A stretch of DNA of 32,000 nucleotides from Ostreococcus tauri. Lineage: Eukaryota. This document shows, one piece after another, positions 8,479-16,355 of this stretch (position 1 is its first letter; every line of letters begins with the position of its first letter). The notes below the pieces were generated by a model. The model worked only from the letters and a program-made list of their open reading frames with translations. It was not told the DNA's origin and made no database searches. The translations under genes and the position numbers were made by a program. Where the stretch lies: contig KZ155780.1 of assembly GCA_002158475.1 (NCBI GenBank), positions 519,092 to 551,091 of the forward strand, given 5' to 3'.

Positions 8479-9720
8479 ATGACGCCCTCGGTTACCTTTT
8501 CGTCACACGTGCGCGCGGTCGCGCGTCGTGCAGTCGCAGCGATGCCGGGGACGACGACGCGCGCGTGCGCGACGCACGCGCGAGGCGGGTTCGAGACGAA
8601 AACGCGCGGTCGACGACGCGCTTCGAGGCGAGAGCGCGCGGTCCCGAGGTCCTTCTTTGGCCGCTCGGATGCCGAGCAGTGGCTCGGCGATGCGCTCGGG
8701 GACGGCGACGACACACGAAACGCGAGCGAGACGTCTTCTTCTTCGTCCATAGACGCCGCGTTCGCGAGCGTGGCGAAGAAACGGCGCGGGTTGGCGCTCT
8801 TCGAGGCGGAGTTGGCGAAGGAGGACGAGGAAGACGTCGACCTCTTGAAGTGCGCGTGTTACGTCTCGATGCATCAAAACCCAGACCTAGACTGCGAGCA
8901 AGTTCGACGAGACATCGATGAGATGGCGACGGTGGTGAAGAAGCGACTGGACGACGAGCTCGGACCGGAGGGCGAGCGTTTTCCGTTGAGAACGATTAAG
9001 ACGCTGAGCAGAGCGTGGGCGCACGACCTCGGGTTCACGGGTAACGTGGAGGATTATTACGACGTCGAGAACTCGTGCATCGATCGCGTCCTGGCGCGGC
9101 GAACGGGGATCCCGATTACATTATGCCTGACCTACATGGAGATCGCCAAGCGGTGCGGGATCATAATGGTCGACGTCGGCATCCCCGGACATTTGTTGTG
9201 TCGACCGGTTGACTTCGGCTCGAATTGCGCCGTGGACGAGTTGGAAGAGATGGAAATCTTGGTCGACGCATTCAATCAGGGCGACATCATGTTCATCGAA
9301 GAGGTCGAAGATATCTTGGCTAGAAACTCGGGATTGGCCGAGGGGCAAAAGGTACAGATCGATAGATCGTTCTTGCGAGAGACAAAGATTCGCAAGCGAG
9401 CGTTTTTGACGAGAATGTTGACCAATCTGCGCGCAATTTACGACGTTCGCGGGGACGATAAATCGACGCTTCTCATCTTGGAGTACATGATGGTGTGTAA
9501 TCCATACGAGAGCTTGCGCGTGCCGCTGACAAAGGCGCTCGGGCTGAGCTATTTCAAGAATCAGAGGTGGGTCGACGCGTCCGAGACGCTCGTTTCGCTC
9601 GGGGGATCCGGCGACGTCGAGGTTGACGCCGTGTTACAGAGCGTCGAACGAATCTTGGCGCTCGAGAGCGACGCGATCGGTAACGGGGAGGACGACGACG
9701 ACGGTAGTATAGATACTTAG
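8479..9720 (+). CDS. SirB1-N/transglutaminase-like (UPF0162) family protein with an organelle-type presequence
   Basis: The signature reads LGFTGNVEDYYDVENSCIDRVLARRTGIPITLCLTYMEIAKRCGIIMVDVGIPGHLLCR (YYDxxNS, RRxGIPITL, PGHxL). In-frame ATGs lie at 8458 and 8479. The 8479 ATG has A at -3 and starts MTPSVTFSSHVRAVARRAVAAM. The track start at 8206 lies inside CHMP6. Confidence 0.7.
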   Translation: MTPSVTFSSHVRAVARRAVAAMPGTTTRACATHARGGFETKTRGRRRASRRERAVPRSFFGRSDAEQWLGDALGDGDDTRNASETSSSSSIDAAFASVAKKRRGLALFEAELAKEDEEDVDLLKCACYVSMHQNPDLDCEQVRRDIDEMATVVKKRLDDELGPEGERFPLRTIKTLSRAWAHDLGFTGNVEDYYDVENSCIDRVLARRTGIPITLCLTYMEIAKRCGIIMVDVGIPGHLLCRPVDFGSNCAVDELEEMEILVDAFNQGDIMFIEEVEDILARNSGLAEGQKVQIDRSFLRETKIRKRAFLTRMLTNLRAIYDVRGDDKSTLLILEYMMVCNPYESLRVPLTKALGLSYFKNQRWVDASETLVSLGGSGDVEVDAVLQSVERILALESDAIGNGEDDDDGSIDT

Positions 9721-9739
9721 TAATACAAATTGGTGCGCG

Positions 9740-10315
9740 TCAGCATCGACGCTGTTTCTTCGCTCTCAATTTCTTTTTGAGCTTGGCTTTTCGTCGCTTT
9801 TCGCTCCCCAAGCGTTCGACGGGCGCCTCGAGAGCCGGCGTGGGCACCTCTTCTCTAGTGTCTTCTTCGTTCGCGTCGTCGTCTTCACCGTCCTCGTCTT
9901 CACCATCCCCCTCCTCTGTCCCCACCGTCTCCGTTCCCACGTCCGTGCGTTCGACGAACGCTAACCGTCCTATTAACCCGCCGGACGTGCTCGCGACGCC
10001 TTTACTCGCGCTCGCGTCTCGCGTCGCCGCCCTGTACGTCTCCACATCGATCGTCGTCCCCCGCTTATTCGGTATCGGCCTCAAAGGCATCACACCCTCG
10101 ATCGTCGGCACCGCATCGATCGCCGACGACCGCATCGCTCGCGACGCGGCGGCGTCGTCGCTCTGCGCATCCATCTCTTTTAATTTTTCTTCAATGAACG
10201 CCGTCCTCTTGAGAAAGGTTTCGGTTCGTGCGCGCTTCGTGACCGCGGCGTGGCGCAAGCCTTTGGTGTACCGCTTCGACAGACCCTTCGTGCGCGTGCC
10301 CTTGGGGCACGGCAT
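9740..10315 (-). CDS. Hypothetical basic/acidic protein (nucleolar-looking); family not recognised
   Basis: The first true ATG is at 10313-10315 (MPCPKGTRTKGLSKRYTKGL...); the track start at 10471 is GTG and overlaps the upstream gene. It has a Lys/Arg-rich N-terminus, an acidic stretch (GEDEDGEDDDANEED) and a KRRKAKLKKKLRAKKQRR tail. Confidence 0.5.
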   Translation of the reverse strand: MPCPKGTRTKGLSKRYTKGLRHAAVTKRARTETFLKRTAFIEEKLKEMDAQSDDAAASRAMRSSAIDAVPTIEGVMPLRPIPNKRGTTIDVETYRAATRDASASKGVASTSGGLIGRLAFVERTDVGTETVGTEEGDGEDEDGEDDDANEEDTREEVPTPALEAPVERLGSEKRRKAKLKKKLRAKKQRRC

Positions 10316-10445
10316 CGCGCGCGCGTTCGGTGACGACGCACGGCGCGGGCGCGAGGCGACGTGTGCCGATGGCGGCGGCTGTGGGTCAGTGGTGATTACA
10401 ACGCGGGCGACGCGGCCGCGGCGGCGATCGGGGCGACGCCGCGGA

Positions 10446-11411
10446 TCACGTCGGTGATTTTTTCGACCCACGATCGGTCACGGGCGTCGTGGGCGTCGAA
10501 GCCACGTCTCGAGCGCGTCGCGCGCGGGCGTCGGTGGCGAACGTGAAGGCTTCGGGAACGGTTCGCGAGCGCCACGCGTCGCCGTTGGAGAAGCGGTCGA
10601 ACGCGGCGTTCTTCTCCTCACGCATGCGCCTGGCGGCAGCCTGGCGGGCGACGTGGGTGTCTAAACCCGGTGTTTTCGACGTCGCCGAGGCGGGCGTCGT
10701 TGATGGTCTGGACGCGCGCGCGGGCGTCGCGAGCGTCGTCGCCGGCGCGCGAGACGGCGTACCGGATGTCGTCGACGCGCTCTTCGTCGTCGGCGGCGGC
10801 GCGGACGAAGCGACCACAACGTGCGGCTGAAACGTACAGTCCCGGAGCGATTCCTCCATCTTCAACTCGCGCTCGGCCTCGAGCACGCGTTCTTTACGCA
10901 TCGACCACGTCCTCGAGCGTTCGAAAAATCCTCCGCTCTCCGCGCGCGCGGCTAATTCTCTCGACTTTCTCGAAATGCTCGGCTGAAACGTGCACTGCTC
11001 GAGCTCAGCCCTCAACTCGAGCTCGACCGACGTCGGTGGTGTTTCCACCTTCGGCTTCCCACCCCCGTGCTCGTTCTCCGTCCCCTTGACCTTCTCCCTG
11101 CGCCGCTCCGCCAACGCTCTGGATTTCGCATTCAACCGCGGCGCGAACGTCGGCGTCTCCCTCTCCTTCACCCGTCCCGACGCGTGCGCGATCATCGACG
11201 CCCCAGCGTGTAACCGCGCGATCGACGCCGCGATCTCCGTCGCCGTCATCACCTTCGTCGTCACCGGCGTCGTCCGCTCCGCGCGCCGCGTCGGCGTCGG
11301 CGTCGAGCGCCGCGCCGTCCCGCGCGCGCGCGATCGCGACGTCCCCTCTCCCGCGCGCGCCGTCGACGCGTCCTCGACCCCGGATTCACGTTCGAGCCAC
11401 GCCGATCGCAT
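10446..11411 (-). CDS. Hypothetical protein with a repeated [C/P]TF-x-P motif; family not recognised
   Basis: True ATG at 11409-11411; the track start at 11417 is TTG. The repeated short motifs are PTFAPRLNAKS, CTFQPSISRKS, CTFQPHVV and EAFTFATDARA, separated by charged helical-looking segments. Confidence 0.5.
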   Translation of the reverse strand: MRSAWLERESGVEDASTARAGEGTSRSRARGTARRSTPTPTRRAERTTPVTTKVMTATEIAASIARLHAGASMIAHASGRVKERETPTFAPRLNAKSRALAERRREKVKGTENEHGGGKPKVETPPTSVELELRAELEQCTFQPSISRKSRELAARAESGGFFERSRTWSMRKERVLEAERELKMEESLRDCTFQPHVVVASSAPPPTTKSASTTSGTPSRAPATTLATPARASRPSTTPASATSKTPGLDTHVARQAAARRMREEKNAAFDRFSNGDAWRSRTVPEAFTFATDARARRARDVASTPTTPVTDRGSKKSPT

Positions 11412-11724
11412 CGCCAATCGCTCTCGCCTGCGCGTCGTCGTCGTCCGCGCGTCGTCGTCGTCGTCAGTCGCGTCGTTCGTTACCGTCGTCGTCCCGTCGC
11501 GTTCGCTCGCCGCGCACGCACACCACCGCGCGCACGCCCGCGCTCGGCGCCCGCTCGATCGTTCCCGTCATCGCGCGCGACGCGCGGCGTCGGGTGCGGC
11601 GTCGGCGTCGACGAATGTTCGATCGGCGGTCTCGTGAATGCGTACGAAATAATAATGTCCCTCGACGGCATCGGCGTCGACGTCGCGTCGACGCACATCG
11701 CCGCGCTCCGAGCGCGCGCGCGCG

Positions 11725-12912
11725 ATGCGCATCAAAATCTTCCCCGGAAGCCGCGCGGACGAGACCTCGACGTCACCGACCGCGCGCGAGACGGCGGCGG
11801 CGGCGGACGTCGCGGACGCGGATGACGAGACGCGGCTTCGCGCCGACGTCGCGCGCGTGGTCGTCGACGCGGCGACGATATACGCGCGCGCGCCGCGTTT
11901 ACAAGGGCGCGACGACGAGGTCGCGGCGCAGGGTCCACCGCGTCGCGCGTCGGGGACCGGGAGCTCTGGGTGATCGTCGAGACGCGGGACGAGACGCGAC
12001 GGCGACGACGACGCCGCGCGCGCGGCGCGGTCGAGGACGCGTGCCGACGCCGACGCGGCGCGCACGGCGGTGTGGGACGCCCACGCGGTGGTGGTGGCGC
12101 GTCCAGGGAGGAATGATCGCGTCGAGGGCGTCGTGTCGCCGCGTCGTCTCGCCGACGAAGGCGTCGAGATCCGTCGACGAAGGACTTTCTCGCCGAGGAA
12201 TCGGGAGAACACACGGACGAACGAAAGAAGAAGCCCGAACGCGAGACGACGCAGCGGGAGGTCTCTGCGCGCGCGTCGACGACGACGTCGGGCGTCGCCG
12301 CGCCGCGCGCGAACGACGCGCCCGAGCTCGCGATGAGCCATTGTATACAACAGATAGGGTTTAGAACAGATTTCGGTAAAATCGAGCAACGTCCGAGCCG
12401 CAACAAATTTTTTTCAATGGGAAAAGGTAGTTTTTGGACGACCGCGGGGATCGATCGAGGCGGGTGCGTACATCGTGCACGTGGGTGAGGCGCGCATCGA
12501 ACACCGCTCGAAGACCTTGCATTGGGCGGCGCGTCCGGAGGACGACCGAGAAAATGTAGAGAAAATGTATACGATGGCCACTGTCGACTCGTCGAAGCCG
12601 ACGAGAACGAAGTGGACCGCGTGCTCTTTCCATCACGTTCCTTATGGTTCAGGAATCTCTGTCTCACCCAGACGTGTCGTAAAAAGTACGGGTACTTTTC
12701 CACGCGACGCATCGTCGCCGTCGCCAGTGCGCGGCGCCGATCGCGTCGACGTCCACCGCCGCGCCCCGAACTCGGGCTCTGGGATGAAGCGCATCCGCAC
12801 ACCTATTTCGATGACCACCTTGACTGTGCGCGGCTCCGACCGCATCGTCTTGGCTAATGGACTTCGCATGCCCGTGAATAATGTTGTTATAGCCCTTCAA
12901 CCTAAACCCTAA
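11725..12912. other. Unresolved protein-coding locus. The plus strand is favoured, but the frame is not continuous.
   Basis: Three overlapping ORFs longer than 250 codons on both strands cover 11568-12802. My hand-tallied position-specific GC favours the plus frame starting at ATG 11725, which hits an in-frame TGA at 11971. The wobble-like GC peak then moves to another phase around 12180-12340 and returns for 12358-12912. I recognise no family. Confidence 0.3.
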
Positions 12913-12926
12913 GCTTCCAAGGAATT

Positions 12927-12957
12927 AAAAAAAACGATGATAGGCTTAAAAAGCCTA
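12927..12957 (-). terminator. Pol III-type terminator downstream of the tRNA: T5 inside a short hairpin, then T8
   Basis: The minus strand after the tRNA 3' end reads ATTGTAGGCTTTTTAAGCCTATCATCGTTTTTTTT. The stem is TAGGCTT/AAGCCTA at 12941-12957 and the A8 run on the plus strand is at 12927-12934. Confidence 0.6.
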
Positions 12958-12961
12958 CAAT

Positions 12962-13070
12962 GGGGGGTGCCGCGAATCGAACGCGGGGCCTCTCCCACGT
13001 TCAACGGAGCGCACGTCAGCGCTGGGTTTAGGCACCCGAAGGGAGAATCATACCACTAGACCACACCCCC
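12962..13070 (-). tRNA. tRNA-Pro(CGG): tRNA-Pro, anticodon CGG, with a 37-nt intron after position 37
   Basis: The minus strand folds as GGGGGTG TG GTCT AGTGGTA TGAT T CTCCC TTCGGG[37-nt intron]T GGGAG AGGCC CCGCG TTCGATT CGCGG CACCCCC C. The acceptor, anticodon and T stems are perfect. The D-arm is near-identical to eukaryotic tRNA-Pro, and the discriminator is C. Confidence 0.9.
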
Positions 13071-13256
13071 GTTAAGTATGCGTCATTATGACCTTGAGAA
13101 CGGTAAACCTACTCACCCCCAATCATGACTCCTTCACGCGAACAGGGTTACGGTGTGAAATCCGTCGATGCCGTGACGTTTTCTTGATGTACGAGTCGTG
13201 AATGTGTCCTATAGTATTTTACGTCACGCCACTATTTTACCGTGTAGCCATCATCA

Positions 13257-13586
13257 TCAACGCCCATCGTCATCGCCCGTGCCCATCCCATCGTCGTCCT
13301 CCGTCTCGTCGCGCATCGCGAACGTCCAGGCGATGAGCGCCATGAGTAACACGACGTTCATGAGGGCGAAGACATCGAGGTACCACAGACCGGTGAGCGC
13401 ACCTAGACCGCCCACCGGGGCGTCGCTCGCGAAGAAGCCCTCGAGCGGGTTGGACCCGTCGGGCGGACGCCACGGCGCGAACGCGCGCGGGACGACGCGT
13501 CGTCGGTTCGAACGGTGCCTCCTCGACGCACTGGTCGACGGCGGATGGATGAGGTTCGGTCGCGATCGCACCGGGGCGAACGCCAT
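13257..13586 (-). CDS. Small single-pass membrane protein with an organelle-type presequence and an acidic C-tail. Its organisation resembles PsbW, but the family is not established.
   Basis: ATG at 13584-13586 in a caccATGg context. The N-terminus is basic and hydroxylated (MAFAPVRSRPNLIHPPSTSASRRHRSNRRRVV). One hydrophobic helix follows (DVFALMNVVLLMALIAWTFAM), then RDETEDDDGMGTGDDDGR. Confidence 0.6.
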   Translation of the reverse strand: MAFAPVRSRPNLIHPPSTSASRRHRSNRRRVVPRAFAPWRPPDGSNPLEGFFASDAPVGGLGALTGLWYLDVFALMNVVLLMALIAWTFAMRDETEDDDGMGTGDDDGR

Positions 13587-13613
13587 GGTGTGACGAGCGA
13601 ATACCGCGCGTTC

Positions 13614-15748
13614 CTACGCGGTATTCTCGGCTTCCTGCTTCGCCTTCTTCTTCGCGCGTTTCTTCGCGTTTTTGCGCGCGTTCTTGCCCACCCCCGAGTC
13701 CTGTACTGATAATGGGCGGTCGTCGGGATGATCCTTTTTTGAGGAATCCTTCGAGGACTTTTTCTTTTTGCCGAACGCCGCGTCGGCGTACGACCTCGCG
13801 CGAATCGTATCCTCGTCCGTCTCGTCGCTCGATGAATCGCCGTCATCGCGACCGTCCTTCTTCTTCTTTCCTCCAGAGTCTCTGCTCTTCTTCCGCTTCT
13901 TCTTTTCGGTCTGCTTGGCGTAGAATTCCTTGGCCATGCGACGAGCGCGCGCGCGTTGGTTCGCGCCCACCGCCGCCTCGTCGGCGTCGTCCCGATACGG
14001 CGCGAGCTTCTTCAGACCGACGATTTGGTTCAAACTCTTGTCGTCCATCGTGAGAATATCGCGCGTCGTGAGACCAAACATCTTCGGCGCGACGTCTCTG
14101 TAAGGGAATCGAGTGGGAAGTTCGCCCGCGATGAAGTCCTCGGCGTCGAGCTTGTAGTACTCCTCCATCTTCTTCTCGAGCTCCTTGCGCCACTTCTTAG
14201 CCGCGCGCTTGGAGTACTTATTCTCTTCGATGTCCACGTCGGGCTCCGCGTCGCCTTCATTTTCTTCCTCTTTTTCTTCCTCTTTTTCTTCCTCGCCTTC
14301 CTCTTCTCCGTCTCCCTCGCCTTCCTCATCGTCGTCTCCACCGCCCTCCGCCGCGAGCAGCTCCGCCAACTCCTCCTCTAAATCACCAAACTCGGGCTTT
14401 TGGAGCGCACCAGTGGCCTCGCCGTCTTCACCTTCGTAATAATCTTCTCCGTACATCTCCGCCATCGCCCTGTCGTGCGCCTCCGGGTCGAACTCAGTGT
14501 TCAGTAAGTCGTCCTTGAGCTGCTCTTCAGGCAAACCGCCGATGGAGCGAATCTGTCGCATCTTGTTTTCAATCTCTTCTCGCTTGAGATTCTTCAGCCT
14601 ACGGACCTCGGCCAGGAGTTTGGCGCGCTCTGACTCTTTGCGTTCCTTCACTTTTTTGCGTTTATCGCGACGCTTGGTGTCCTCTCGACGAATCAAGCCC
14701 TCGATGTGACGCGAGTGCGACACGAGACGATCGCCTCCGGGCTCCTCAAATCGAAAGTTATAATTGTGCTCAAACTCCTCAGCGCGCTCGAGGAGTTCGG
14801 AATCGCTCGCATCGTCACCGCCATCATCCTCGTCGCTCGACGAGTCGCCGCCGATGACGTTACCCCGAGGCATCCCGTTCTCTTCGCCCTTCAACCACTG
14901 CTTTTCGAGGACGTAATCGCGCAAAAATTTTTCCTCCTTGCTCAAAGCGTCCTCGTCACCAAAGTACTCGGATAACTTTTCCGTCGCCCCGCTCATTTGT
15001 TCTGCGCGTCGTTTCACCACGAGTCCGCCATCATCATCCTCGTCGCTATCGCCGCCGATGGCGCCCTCGGCGGCGTCCTTGAACGCGCTCTTGAGCGCCG
15101 CCTGTTCCTCGACGTACGACGGTCCCGCGCTCGCACGCATAGCCTCCGCCTCCGCTTCAGCGTCCTCGAGCGCGGTCGCTCCACCTTCTAACAACTGGTT
15201 CGCCGTCACCTCTCTCAGCGTCGCCGCCTTTGGCTTCTTTTCCTTTGTCTTCGCCCGCTCCGCCGCCGCCTCCGCCGCCGCCTCGCCGTCGTCGAAAAAT
15301 TTCGTCTTCTCGTCGTAAATGCTCGGATCTCTCCTCCGAATCCGCGTCAACGCCTCCGCGAACGCACCGTCGAACGCGAGCTCCAACCCCTCGTCCTCAT
15401 CGCTCTCCGTCTCGCTCGAATCGCTCGATTCGCGCTCCGCGTCGTCTTCGCTCCGCGCGTTCGCGCCGCCGCCCCCCCCCCCGCCGCCCCCAACGCCGTC
15501 GTCGCGTACTCCCGCTCGAGCTTCGCCTGCAATCGATGCATCTCCTTCCGCCGCTCGTTGTGCTCGTACCTCGCCGCGTACGCCGCGTTCACGCGCAGGT
15601 CATCCATCGACGCGCTCGAGCTCGACCGCCCATCGTCATCCGACGCCTCCGTCGCGCCCGCGCGTCCACCGCGCGCCCGGTCGTCGCGCGCCCCCCCGTC
15701 CTCCCTTTCGTCGTCGTCGTCGTCGTCGTCGAAGAGCGCGCGCGGCAT
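13614..15748 (-). CDS. KRI1: KRI1 ribosome-biogenesis protein, with a reading-frame break at 15451-15509
   Basis: Frame A (15510-15748) reads MPRALFDDDDDDDERE...LRVNAAYAARYEHNERRKEMHRLQAKLERE, which matches the conserved KRI1 N-terminus. Frame B (13614 to about 15450) reads SEDDAERESSDSSETESDEDEG, RRRDPSIYDEKTKFF, FEHNYNFRFEEPGG, YYKLDAEDFIAGELPTRFPYRDV and DDKSLNQIVGLKKLAPYR. The two frames meet at a C11-containing GC tract. Confidence 0.85.
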
Positions 15749-15787
15749 CGTCGACGCGCGTCGACGTCCGCCGCCGCCGCCGCCCAG

Positions 15788-16033
15788 CACGCGCGCGCGC
15801 TGGTGTCGTCGACGAGTCATGACCCAGACGGGAGCCCCTATGCCGTATACAGCACACCGAGACACCGATCACGCGCGCGCGCTGGTGTCGACGACGAGTC
15901 ATGACCCACACGGGAGCCCCTATGCCGTATACAGCACACCGAGACACCCATCACGCGCGCGCGCTGGTTTCGACGACGGGTCGTGACTCATGCGAGCGCC
16001 CCTATGCCGTATACAGCACACCGAGACGCCCAT
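15788..16033. repeat. 82-bp tandem repeat, 3 copies, with a partial fourth starting at 16034
   Basis: Units start at 15788, 15870 and 15952. Units 1 and 2 differ at 3 of 82 positions, and unit 3 is more diverged. A 29-nt core, cccctatgccgtatacagcacaccgagac, is identical in all three. The period is not a multiple of 3. Confidence 0.95.
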
Positions 16034-16355
16034 CACGCGCACGCGGGACGCGTGACACCCGCGTGCGTGCCCACGCATCGACCGAGGGACTCCTCGACGG
16101 GTCACGACTCAAGCGCGTGATCCCATCGCGCGCGACCGTCGACGTCGCGCGCGTCGGGGGCGCGCGACGACGCGCGCGACGTTCGACGACGCCCGCGCGC
16201 GACGGACGACCGTCGAGGTATTTTTACCCGCGTTCACGCCCGTCGCGTCGAGCGCGTCGGCGACGCGCGGGCGACGCCGCGGGATCGATCGCGACGTTCG
16301 CGCGAACGAGGCGCGCGCGCGGCGTGGGCTCGACGGCGCGACGGACGCGTCGACG

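Noticed and set aside
11971-11973. The in-frame TGA considered as a selenocysteine codon; picoalgae are known to have many selenoproteins
   Set aside because: The local context (GTGSSG-TGA-SSRR) has no CxxU or UxxC redox motif. I see no SECIS-like element, and the neighbouring frame has better codons, which points to a frame change instead.
11568-12389. A 273-aa minus-strand ORF (and 11732-12802 minus, 11594-12364 plus) considered as the gene of the unresolved locus
   Set aside because: In my hand count over 11761-11940, this frame would put the GC-poorest position at codon position 1 and a GC-rich position at codon position 2, the reverse of coding DNA. The composition is R/S/A/T-rich. I kept it only as part of the unresolved-locus finding.
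15230-15904. Pro/Arg/Ser-rich plus-strand ORFs (15230-15904, 15319-15822, 15558-15986) and the repeated 'MSRCAVYGIGAPVWVMTRRRHQRARV' minus ORFs
   Set aside because: They are antisense to KRI1 or are read through the 82-bp tandem repeat, whose period is not a multiple of 3. The repeat-derived minus ORFs have in-frame ATGs but only low-complexity repeat-derived sequence upstream of the conserved KRI1 N-terminus. The KRI1 homology starts at ATG 15748.
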